Notes under the pieces: generated by a model
What the model was told of the DNA's origin: nothing
The model's input: only the letters and a program-made list of their open reading frames with translations
Databases searched by the model: none
In this document: in pieces, positions 35,050 through 45,725 of the stretch
Layout of the letters: every line of letters begins with the position of its first letter
Numbering within the stretch: position 1 is the stretch's first letter
Source of the DNA: Chrysemys picta bellii
Lineage: Eukaryota
Direction of reading: 5' to 3'
DNA: 64,000 nt
NCBI RefSeq assembly: GCF_011386835.1
Contig: NC_088802.1
Coordinates: 9,176,001-9,240,000, forward strand
Position numbers and translations under genes: made by a program

Positions 35050-35250
35050 AACCTGGCACAGAAAAATATGTTAATGACCTGCCTGGCCCCTCCATGGGCT
35101 TGTCAGCGTCATTGTGCCACAAACAGCAAGTGTCTTTAATGAGACCCAGAGTCCCCTCTCGACGCATCAGCTGCGAGTGGGAGCCGACGTGCTAACAATG
35201 CCCGTTGCGCTGCACCCCGATGCCTAATGAGGTGCCCTGGGGCGACAGCA
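35050..35250. promoter_or_regulatory. Candidate OR enhancer block (three TAATGA homeodomain sites with adjacent O/E-like sites)
   Basis: TAATGA at 35072, TAATGAG-ACCCAGAG at 35137, TAATGAG-GT-GCCCTGGGGC at 35225; near-identical in three copies. Confidence 0.55.
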
Positions 35251-36982
35251 CCCAGCCCCTGGGCTCTAGCTCCTCAGGGGGCGGTTGGCACAAGGCAGCT
35301 CACAGATCTTCCTCTGTTGCAGGAGGTGCTGGGTCTCTCTGCACGGAGCTGCCATGGAACTGATTGAGGTGACACAGTGGAGAGTCCAGGCTCACCAGCT
35401 AAGGGCGGGGACAGAAAGGAGAGAGGCTTGATTGAAATCACAGAAATGACCCATCAGGGTAATTGTCCTGCCCTCTGCCTATGCCAGACAGATCACTGGC
35501 CAGCGAGTCCAGTTACCCCATGTCTCCCTGCCCCAGATCATTGGCCAGCTAGTAAGGGCTTGGGCTGGGGTCACAACGCCAGTGATGGGTCTGAAGGCTG
35601 GGAAATGAGACCTGGGGTTTAGGGGAGCCCTCGGGACAGATGGGGCTGTGACTAGAGCGGGGGTTGTGGCCCCAATCCTGGTGCATTGCTCAGGGGCTGG
35701 GGTCACTCCTCCCCAGGCCACTCTCCCCTAGATGGCGTTGCTGGAGGAGTCTCCTGGCCAATTGGGTGCACGGGGTCCCTGGGGCATCGCAAACCACACC
35801 AGCCAAGTCCCAGCCCCCAGGAGGCTTCAGGGAGTCACATCTCCCGCCCCCTTCCTGGTTCCAACGTCCATAAGAGCCCTGCCTGCACCCTCCCCTTCAC
35901 CCACGGCCCCATGCACGCAGGGACAGATATCATGAGCTGCACAAGCAGGAGCCTCCCACAATCACAGAGACACAGGGCCCTTCTCAGCTGTGCTTCGGAG
36001 CTGGGGCAGCTCAGGCGTTATGTGACACCAGGGCTGGGATAAGTCAAGGAGCAGGGACACAGCCTGGGGATCCTACCTCCTTCCAGCCATCCACTGTACT
36101 TCTCCAGATCTATCCAGCTCTCTGGGTCTCTCCCCAACTCGCTATCCTTCTGCTCGTCCGTCTCTCTTTCTCTCCGTCTCTATCCTTCTATCCATCTACC
36201 TCTCCACCCTCCAGCCTTCTATCCATCCACCTCTCTGCAGATCTCCCTGCTCTTCTATCTGTCTCTTTATTGCTCCTTTTATCCATCCTTCTCTCTGCCT
36301 TTCTTTCTGTCCTAACAATTCACCTCTCTCATCCCCCTGACTCCCATCTATCCTCTCCTCTCTCAGACTGCCCCTCTCTTTTCACATCTGTGCACGTCTG
36401 GCATCCATCAGTCCATCCACACTCTCTCTCCATTCCTCTCCCTCTATCCATCTCTCTCCTCCCCATCTCTGGAATTTCTTTCATTGCATCACTGTGTTCT
36501 CTGGGCTTCTAGGAGACCCTGTCAGCTGAGAGAGGCTCAGGGTATCCCTCCTAGCCTGAGGCAACCTGCCCGCAGGAACTTCACTCACACAGTGACCAGG
36601 CTTGTTTCCTGGGAGGCAGAGGGGGTACCCTGTGACCATGCAACACTGGCTCTGAGCATCCAGTTTGCCACATTCCCTTCCTTTTGAGACCCACCCCAGA
36701 GCCCCAGCAGTGGGTGGGGGGGGGCAAAACCTGCAGCCTCTGGGCTTCCAGAGCTAGATGCGGACGGTGCTGATCCACGGCAGGGGGCGAACTTAGCTGG
36801 TCTCCCTGACCCCGGAGCATCCTTAGACATTCAGCTCCACAGCTCGGGGCTGCCTCGTCCCAGGCACTGGGGGCTCAGTGCAGGGGAGCAGAGACTCCAG
36901 ACTCTGCCCTCGCATCGGAGCATCTGAGCCGCCCGGAGCTGCCCGGACAGGAGGAACCTGGGGAGAGCAGAGCCGGAGGTGA

Positions 36983-36988
36983 ATGGAG
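36983..36988 (+). CDS. Predicted first coding mini-exon segment (ATG GAG) of OR 38949
   Basis: TGA ATG GAG|GTGAGT; a phase-0 join to 38949 gives MEEERGNGSSQWEF. Confidence 0.65.
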
Positions 36989-37387
36989 GTGAGTCTGGGC
37001 TTTTTTCCATCGCTCGTTCCTGCTTATTACTGGGGAGGGGCCAGGAGCTGGGGAGCATGTGGGCTGGTTAGATTTCTTAGCTCTGTGCGATGGGTCTGAT
37101 AAGACTTCCCTGCCTGTCAGGGGTGATGTGAGGAGAAACCCACTAGAGATTGTTAGGTGCTGAGATACTGTTTATATTGTAGTCCCTGTCAGTCGCAGAG
37201 AGAAGTACATAAACATAATAGATTCATGTTAAAGTGGCAGTAGAATCCTAGACATGTAGGGCTTGAGGGTACCTCCAGAGGTCATCTGCGCCATACCCCC
37301 ACACTGAGGCAGGAATAAGTTTACCTAGACCATACTTGACCAGTGTTTGTCCAACCTGTTCTTAAAACCCTCCCTGGACGGCATGGC

Positions 37388-38390
37388 ATTCCGGGGTGCA
37401 GTTCAGACTAATGAGGGGTTGGGTCACCCCTGCCCTGCTACCTTGGCTGCCTCACAATGTTTTGTTGTTGTAGCTTCCAACCTGGATTGCTCACAAGCAG
37501 CCTGACAGCATGCAGGTCACACCCTGCGTGTCTGTGTATAGCCACAGCTCTGGTCCAGCAACTCTGACCCCAGCAGCCTGTCTGCAAACACCAGCCACAC
37601 TCTGGCTTCCTGCAGCCTTGGTTACCACTTGCAGGGTTACAGCAACAAACTCCCAGTTCCAAATTCCCCCCCAAGACTTGGGTTTTGCACTGCCGGCCGC
37701 TTCCTGGACAGCTCAGATATTGTAGGTCCGTTGCCTCTCTAAGGAGATCAATATCCAACAGTTTGCTACTTTAAATGGAGTTACCCCCACAATTAAGTTT
37801 AAATGCAGTTTGGATTATGGACTAAAACATGTTTGTTTAACTACGAAGAGACAGGTTTCATGTGAGTACAAGTATAAGACATTCAAGTCAGAAATGGTTA
37901 CAGGAGAAGTAAAGGGAAAACACTTCCTAGTACTAAAATTAACAAACTAGACTTGGCTCCAGGTGAAATCCCTTCCACATATTCCCAGTAACATTGCTGA
38001 GCCAATTCTTAGACCAGGATCTGCTCCCAAAGTCCAAACGTTGTTTCTTTTGTCTTCTTAGGGGAAAGAGCGAGAGATGGATAGGGAGAGATCCCTTGGG
38101 GTTTTTCTCCCCCTCACTTTTATAGTCCAGTCACCCTTTGATATGCATTTTCTTGAGGGTTTTGCCTAGCTAAAGTTCATTCCTGCTGCAAGGGAGGAGA
38201 CAAAGAGTCTAATGGTGAAGGAGATGCCACGCTGTTGTTTGCTTCAATGCAGATCGGGTTGTCCCTGCCCCGCTTCCTTGCCAAAGACTGGCCACTTGAT
38301 AAGTCATTGCCCATCGCCTTTAATGATACCTGGCTAGACTCCTTTGTGTTTAAGAAACTGATTTACCCAGACTTGTCTTGTAAACATATT
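37388..38390. mobile_element. LTR-like element in the predicted OR intron (paralog at about 55975-56975)
   Basis: ggggtgcagttcagactaatgaggggttgggtcacccctgccctgc.. resembles turtle Gypsy-type LTRs; flanked by CR1 pieces. Confidence 0.5.
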
Positions 38391-38948
38391 TCCGACCTAA
38401 TGGACATGGAGAACAATTGATCACCATCCTCTTCACAACAAATTTTCACATATTTGAAGACTGTTACTAGGTCCCCCTTGAACCTTCTTTCCTCTAGACT
38501 AAACATGCCCAGTTTTTTCACTCATAAGAGGGGCAATTTGGGATCATAGTTAGAAGCCCCAGTCGCGACCAGGATCTGTACAAATACAGAATAAAAGCAA
38601 TGAAACAAAACAGCCTCCATCCCAAAGACCTTATAATCTAAGCATCCATTTATCTATCACATCCTATTGCTCCCACCAACTGCCACAGATCCAGTTTTCT
38701 AGGACACTTTAATTTCCTGTTATATGGATCCTCCTTTGTCACTAACTGCCACAGAACCACTTTTCTGCGACAAAGCCATTCCTGGCAGAAGGATCCTACC
38801 TGCCACCCAACTGTCCCAGATTTTCGATGACAAAGTCACAAGCGGGCGTGGTTCATTCTGAGCAAATGGGGCTGCCCCTGAATGTGTCTGCCTGGTGTAT
38901 GGCTGTTGGGGCTCCTTTCATCCTTATCTTTGTCCCTTCTCCCTGCAG

Positions 38949-39893
38949 GAGGAAAGAGGGAACGGGAGCTCTCAGTGGGAATTCATCCTATTGGGGGTCT
39001 CTGACCAACCACGCCTGGAGATGCTGCTTTTCGTGGTGTTCCTGGTCTTGTACGTCCTGAACCTGGTGGGGAACCTGGCCATCATTGTGGTCTTGTGGCT
39101 GGAACCCTGTCTCCACACCCCTATGTATTTCTTCCTCAGCAACCTCTCTTTCCTGGACCTTTGCTACACCACCAGCACCGTTCCTCAGATGCTGGTGAAC
39201 TTCCGCAGCACCCACAAGTCCATCACCTGGGCTGGCTGCGTGGCCCAGCTCTACATCTTCCTCTCGCTGGGCTGCACCGAGTGCCTCCTGCTGGCCGTCA
39301 TGGCCTACGACCGCTACGTCGCCATCTGCCAGCCACTGCACTACACAATTGTCATGAGCCGCCGCCTCTGTCTGCAAATGGCGGTCACCGTCTGGTTGAG
39401 TGGCTTCAGCAACTCCATGCTGCAGACCGTCCTGACCGTGCGGCTGCCCCGGTGTGGGCGGAACCGGGTCAACCACTTCTTCTGCGAGGTGCCGACCCTG
39501 CTCAAACTGGCCTGTGTTGACACCTCCACTATCGAGGCTGAGCTTTTTGCTGTCAGTGCGATCTTCCTGCTGGTGCCGCTGGGCCTCATCCTGGTCTCCT
39601 ATGGCTACATTGTCGCCGCCGTGCTGAGGATTCGCTCAGCCCAGGGCAGGCTCAAGGCCTTCAACACCTGCGCCTCCCACCTGGCCGTGGTGTCGCTCTT
39701 CTATGGCACGGCCATTTTCATGTATCTACAGCCTCCATCCAGCTACTCCCAGGACCGGGGCAAGATGGTCTCCCTCTTCTATGGCATCATCGCCCCCATG
39801 CTGAACTCACTGATCTACACGCTGAGGAACAAGGATGTGCACGGGGCCCTAAGGAGGGTGCTGGGGAGGCTATTCGGGAGTAAGAGGACATGA
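38949..39893 (+). CDS. Olfactory receptor, class II, family-2-like; main coding exon (316 aa when spliced), intact
   Basis: All OR motifs present (LHTPMY, MAYDRY, HFFCE, KAFNTCASHL, PMLNSLIY). Begins right after the acceptor ..tttgtcccttctccctgcAG. The ORF-track start at 38895 is GTG, not ATG. Confidence 0.93.
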   Translation, partial: EERGNGSSQWEFILLGVSDQPRLEMLLFVVFLVLYVLNLVGNLAIIVVLWLEPCLHTPMYFFLSNLSFLDLCYTTSTVPQMLVNFRSTHKSITWAGCVAQLYIFLSLGCTECLLLAVMAYDRYVAICQPLHYTIVMSRRLCLQMAVTVWLSGFSNSMLQTVLTVRLPRCGRNRVNHFFCEVPTLLKLACVDTSTIEAELFAVSAIFLLVPLGLILVSYGYIVAAVLRIRSAQGRLKAFNTCASHLAVVSLFYGTAIFMYLQPPSSYSQDRGKMVSLFYGIIAPMLNSLIYTLRNKDVHGALRRVLGRLFGSKRT

Positions 39894-41249
39894 GCCAGAG
39901 AAATGAGTCGGGACTGGCTGACTTGGTTTTCTATGGGGCAGCAGCTCCGATCCAGCCTCAGGCCAGGGGGACTGGCTGGCTCAGGGGGCCAGGCAATGGA
40001 CGATGGAGCCTTTCCCATCTAGGAGGCCTGCATTTTAAGGTCTCTGTTCATGTCTGCACATGGCGCTGGGGCTGGGAAACCAGAGGTCACTCACCATGAG
40101 CCCCAGAAGGCAGAAGAGCATGTAAAGGCCTGGTGGGCAGCGTTGGGCACCTGGCTCTGAATGGAAGAGTGGGAGCGACGTGGGCATTTGAGAGTCATCT
40201 CTCTGCACCAGATCCAGCCAGCACAGACCACATCCCTGCCCCCCCAATATAAAATACCTCAGATTCTCTCTTATTGAATATTGATCTAACCCCCCCCACC
40301 ACCACCAATGTTGCCCCTTTTCTATTTAATTCTCTGGTATGGATCGTCTGGGAGCTTCTTCCCCCTTCTCAAGTTAAACTGCAGCTACTTCGGCATTTGG
40401 AGGGAAACAGCTGGCACCGATCATTGCTCCAAATTGTGGATGGGATCAATGAAGAGTTAAACTCATTAGAATCAACTTTCCCCTCAGATTTTGCCTCTGT
40501 TCTCTCTAATGACCAAATATTGATCTAAAATCTCCTCAGATTTTGCCTTTTTTTCTCTAATTACCAAATATTGATCTAAAATCCCCTGAGATTTTCTCTT
40601 TATTGACTATCGATAGAAATGTCCCTCCATTTTGGGACTCCTCAAGTCGGGCACCTTTCCCACTAAATTATGGAATATTGATCTAAAATCCCCCCAGATT
40701 TGACCATTTTCTTCTTTAATTGCTGAATATGGGGAAAAAAACCTCTCTCACTTTGGGGTCTTTTTCCCTCCTCCCATTTTAAATTGCAGCCACATCTGCT
40801 TTTGGAGGGAACCAGCTGGCTTGAGTTCTTGTCCCACATGGTGGATGAAGAAAAGGAGGATGTTAACTCCCCTCTGATGAAATTTCTCCTCAGATTTGAC
40901 CCCTTTATTCATTCATTCTCAAGCAGAGATCTCGCACCTTCTCAAATGTTGTCCCTTTTCTCTCAGCTGTTCAAGGTTCATATGAAATGGCTGCAGTTTT
41001 GGGCATTCCCTCCTCCATTTTATGCTGCAAGAAATTCTTCTGGTCTTGGGAAGAAGTGATTAGATCAAATCATTACCCCATGGGGTGAATGACTGGGGGA
41101 AGGAGGTTAAACATCCCAATGAACAACTTTTCCCTCCTGTACGAGAATCAAATTCTTTTCTCTTGTGTAAATCAAAACCAGTGTGTTTGCTGATTCGAGT
41201 GACTTCCGCAATTCTATATTCAGATATCAAAGAGCTGCGTCTTTATTCA

Positions 41250-41545
41250 GCAAGACAGAGACCAGGGAAGAGATGAGATTAAGGCCTGGTCTATCATGGA
41301 GAATAGGTCCATCAATCGCTATTAGCCAAGATGGCCAGCGATGCAACCCCAATCGTGCTTTGAATGTCCCTAGCCTTTGATTGCCAGAAGCTGGGAATGG
41401 ACAACAGGGAATGGATCACTTGATGATTGCCCTGTTCTGTTCATTCCCTCTGAATCACCTGACATTGGTCACTGATAGAAGACAAGATCCTGGGCTAGGT
41501 GGACCATTGGTCTGACCCAGTGTGGGCGTTGTTATGTTCTTACGT
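41250..41545 (+). mobile_element. CR1 3' end (paralog at about 60070-60365)
   Basis: ..ctgggctaggtggaccattggtctgacccagtgtgggcgttgttatgttctta tail. Confidence 0.75.
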
Positions 41546-41786
41546 ACTAAAAATTAGATTGACCTAGCTACATTGCTCAGGGATGTGAAAATGTTTTTGC
41601 CCTGAGCACTGTAGTTAGCTCAACCTAACTCCCAGTGTAGACATGGCTAGGTCGAAGGAAGAATTCTTCTGTCAACCTAGCGACCGCCTCTCAGAAAGGT
41701 GAATTAATGACATCAATGAAAAAACCCCTTCTATCGATGTAGGAAGAGTCTACAGAGACCAGCTCTGTGCCAGGGATGGCCACTAA

Positions 41787-42220
41787 CAGAGCCGTCCTTA
41801 GGATTTATGGGGCCCTACACAGTACTATTAAACTGGTGACTCTATGCCTGACTGGGTACACAGACACCACCCCTGCCCGCGGACCCCCAGAAGAACGCCC
41901 CCGCCCCATTGCTGACACACACTGAGCTTCGTATGCAACAGACACTGCGGCAGTCCTGGCTCACAACCTTGTGGGGGAGGGATGAGACAGGAAAGCTGAG
42001 AGTCACAGTTACGCACCCAGACCCCCCTACCCTCTCCATCACGTAGAATGCGCCACGCCGGGGCATTCGGCTCTGTGAATACGGCCCCTGCCTAAGGAGA
42101 CTGCAGAACGCGCTGAATGTGCAGGAGCCAACCCGCTCTTCCCTGCTGTCCTGGTAGTGCCCCAAATTTTCGGGTGCCCTACGCTGCCGCGTATGCTGCG
42201 TACCCCTAACGACGGCCCTG
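41787..42220. mobile_element. hAT (Tip100-like) non-autonomous element, 434 bp
   Basis: CAGAGCCGTCCTTAGG...GACGGCCCTG; perfect TSD GCCACTAA at 41779-41786 and 42221-42228; empty site at 60598-60605. Confidence 0.92.
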
Positions 42221-43113
42221 GCCACTAATCTCTGAGGCTTGCAGAGCAGGATCTTAGAGCATGGGAATTTGTGCCTCTTTCTTGTTGTAAAGACTCTTAA
42301 TATTTGCCTGAATAATCTTCTTTAAACAGCGGCTCCGGAGAAAATAAGGTCCCTGCCCAAGAAAGAGCTTCGCAAAGGATGTTCGGCTGATGTGTAACTT
42401 TGTAGAAGAAGGGAATTTGAAGCCAGTGGGAGTCTGGACTCCTGGCTTCTGTTCTCAGCTCTGGGAAGGGAATGGGTCTAGTGGGGCAGGGCAGAGAGGA
42501 GACTGGGAGTCAGGGTTGATCTCTGGCTCTAGGCAAAAAAAAAATATTTTGTTTGTATGTAGTTAATTATAAAGCATTGAATGATAATAAAATAATGACT
42601 GCAATCAAACAGTGATGACCATAAAATAAAATAAAACATCCGTGGGCAGGCAGACTGAGCGAGACAGCGACACGAGGCCCTCGCGGAGCCATAAAGGGGC
42701 AGCTGGGGAGATTGTCAATATCGCTTCAGTTTAACAGGTGTATCACCAGGCTTGGCCGAATTCAAACTTTATGTTTTGATAATTTCGATGTTTATTTTTA
42801 AGCATTTTTTAATGTTATCGATTTACATCGTTGCAGTTGTGGGAATTAAGCAGGATCAGCAACAAGGGGGTTAGACAATAATTATTTCATGAGTTAATAG
42901 GCGTTGAGATTCAAAAAAGTTAAAGCTTTATCAGCGTTAACACACATTGTCCCCATCACATGTCTAAATATACAATGGAAATATCCGTATATCAAACTGG
43001 AAAAAATTCTCAAGCAGCCTTTCTCTTGGGTTGCCTGTCTGTTAATGTTGATTACTACTGATGTGGAAATGTGTTTTGTGAGGCTGTGTGTGCGCACGGT
43101 GAAATCGACATTT

Positions 43114-43558
43114 AGCGCCTCAAGTCCATCGCTTGGGCCGGCTGCGTGGCCCAGCTCTACATCTCCCTCTCGCTGGGCTCCACCGAGTGCCTCCTGCTGG
43201 CTGTCATGTCCTACGACCGCTACGCCGCCATCTGCCAGCCACTGCGCTACACGGCCATCATGAGCCGCCGCCTCTGTCTGCAGATGATGGTTACCGCCTG
43301 GCTGAGCGGCTCTGGCAACGCACTGGTGAAGACGGTGCTGACTCTGCGGCTGCCCCGGTGTGGGAGGAATCGAATCAACCACTTCTTCTGCGAGGTGCCG
43401 GCCCTGCTCAAGCTGGCCTGCGCCGACACCTCCACCAACATGGCCGAGCTCCTCGCCAGCGGTGTGTTTTTACTGCTGCTGCCATTGGGCCTCATCCTGG
43501 TCTCCTACAGCTACATCGGTGCCGCTGTGCTGAGGATGCGTTCGGTCGAGGGCAGGCT
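43114..43558 (+). pseudogene. Olfactory receptor fragment (TM3-TM5), paralog of OR 29784
   Basis: [25 protein letters not shown]...ILVSYSYIGAAVLRMRSVEGR; TM1-2 and TM6-7 missing, repeat-derived sequence on both sides. Confidence 0.92.
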
Positions 43559-43706
43559 GCTGGAGGGTCCCATTGGAAAATGAAAGGGTTTGAGGGGGAA
43601 GGGCAGGCTCAGAGTCAGTCTGCCCTGGCAGTGGATAGGGGGGCACTAGGACCCTGCGGCAGCAGTTGTTGCAGGGAAGCAGAATGGAGGAGACAAAGAC
43701 AGACAG

Positions 43707-44340
43707 TAGGGTTACCATATTTTAAGTGTCCAAAAAGAGGACACTCCACGGGGCCCGGCCCCACCCCAACTCCGCCCCCAGCCCCGCCCCTTCCCGGCCC
43801 CGCCCCAACTCCGCTGCTTCCCACGAACATTTGATTCGCGGGAAGCCTGAAGCAGGCAGGCAGCAGGTAAGCTGGGGCTGGGGCGCGCGAGGAGGCGCGG
43901 CCCAGTCCGGCTCCCCTGGCCGAGCGGCTCCCTCCGGTGGCCACTCAGCCGGCCCAGGCCAAGAGGCTCTGGCCCCAGCATCTCCCACCCGTCTCGGCTC
44001 GGGCTCTGGGGTGCCGGCTCCCGGCCCCCGGCTGAGCACTGCCGGTTCCGGCCCCGGCCCGGCCCCCGGCCGAGCACTGCTGACCCCGGGCTGGCCCCCA
44101 GCCGCTGGCCCCGCACCGCCGTCCCCGTCCCCCAGCCGAGCACTGCTGGCCCTGGCCTGGCCCCGGCCCCCGGCCAAACACTGCCGGCCTCAGCAACTCC
44201 GGCCCCCGGCCAAGCACCACCGGTCCCTCTCTCCCTATTTTCCCGGACACATCCGGCTTTTTGGGATTTCCTCCCGGACGGGGATTTGAGGCCCAAAAAG
44301 CCGGACATGTCCAGGAAAATCCGGACGTATGGTAACCCTA
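43707..44340. mobile_element. hAT (Blackjack-like) element, 634 bp, same family as 3970-5184 in opposite orientation
   Basis: TAGGGTTACCAT...ATGGTAACCCTA; perfect TSD ACAGACAG at 43699-43706 and 44341-44348. Confidence 0.92.
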
Positions 44341-44719
44341 ACAGACAGGCTCTGCTTCCGGACAGAGACTGGGGGGAGGCGTGAAAGGCGAGTGAGGGGG
44401 AGCAAGTCGGGGCCAGGGGACACTTGGGGAAGGCGTGGGGGAGCTGCAGGTGGGGCCGGGGGGACAAACGGCCCAAGTATTGCTGGAGCTGGGTCCTTGG
44501 CTCTGAATATTGCTGGTGCCCGAGCACCACGTTGATCGGCTTTTAGGCGCCCCCCAACCACTAGGCGCCCTAGGCGGCCGCCTAGTTTGCCTAAATGGTT
44601 GCACCGGCCCTGACAGTGAGGGAGGGGCCAGGGCTAGCCTCCCCGGCCGGGAACTCAAGGGCCGGGCAGGACAGGCAGGGCCGTAGTTTGCCCACCCCTG
44701 GTCTAGAGGGATCTGCACT

Positions 44720-44912
44720 CAGGGCCGACTCCAGCATTTCTGCCGCCCCAAGCGAAAAAAAAGCCGCGATCGGCGGCGGCAGTGCAGCAGCAGGTCCTTC
44801 ACTCCTAGAGGACGTGAGGGACCTGCTGCCCCCGAATTGCTGCAGGTGCCGTCCCTCTCCGTTGGCCGCCCCAAGCACCTGCTTGTTAAGCTGGTGCCTG
44901 GAGCCAGCCCTG
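44720..44912. mobile_element. hAT MITE, 193 bp
   Basis: CAGGGCCGACTCCAG...GAGCCAGCCCTG; TSD TCTGCACT at 44712-44719 and 44913-44920; empty sites at 34448 and 61723. Confidence 0.92.
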
Positions 44913-45519
44913 TCTGCACTGATGTTGGGAAAGCGATGTCTGGTACCAAGTGTGTGTGGGAGGAGGGGGGGGAGGGGGTCATCACAGCCTGAAATATTTT
45001 CAAGGGGGGGCCCAGCCAAAAAAGTTTGAGAACCCCTGATATACACACATGTCTCAGCCAGTGCCCTCTACTTGGGGCTGGGCCGGAGCCCCCTAGAGGA
45101 AAAAAGGCCCCATATCCCATCCCTAGATCACGGCTGAGCTCATGGTTTTGAAAACATCTGGGCATGAGGAGATTCAGCACTCCTGACTGATGGTTTTATC
45201 CCTGATTTACACTGGAGGTGAGGGAGGAAAAGTTCAGTGGCACAGAACAGCGTGACCGTGTTTCTGTAGAGGTGTCATTCCCTAAGGTGTAAGTGAATCA
45301 CGCTGACAGGGGTTAGTAAGACATTTCTCAGCTGTCCACGAGGTGTGTGTTGACACGTCCCCTGAAGCTGGGCCAGCATTGGAGGGGGGCTGGAAGGACC
45401 CGGGTGGGATCCAGCCTGGGGACTGGTATGTTCCTGTTAGATGTCTTTGTGCTGCGCTCCTCCCCAGCATGTGGAACACAGCCTGAGGTTGGGTCCCCCT
45501 TGACACCCTTTGATTGACT

Positions 45520-45725
45520 TCTCAACCTGGCACAGAAAAAAATGTTAATGACCTGCCTGGCTCCTCCATGGGCTTGTCAGCGTCATTGTGCCACAAACAG
45601 CAAGTGTCTTTAATGAGACCCAGAGTCCCCTCTCGACGCATCAGCTGCAAGTGGGAGCCGACGTGCTAACAATGCCCGTTGCGCTGCACCCCGATGCCTA
45701 ATGAGGTGCCCTGGGGCATCAGCAC
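45520..45725. promoter_or_regulatory. Candidate OR enhancer block, copy 2
   Basis: TAATGA at 45546, 45611 and 45699. Confidence 0.55.

Larger units (their letters stand above)
33590..42540 (+). repeat. Segmental duplication unit, copy 1 (regulatory block, upstream exon, OR 38949)
   Basis: Collinear, roughly 90-95% similar by eye to 44702-61035 and 61271-64000. Confidence 0.9.

Noticed and set aside
38895-38948. ORF-track N-termini MYGCWGSF.. and MPQNHF.. (57383) for the B-type ORs
   Set aside because: Both start at GTG and span a polypyrimidine tract and acceptor; treated as intron.
43712-44530. Multiple Pro/Gly/Ala-rich ORFs of 100-270 aa
   Set aside because: GC-rich interior of a hAT non-autonomous element.
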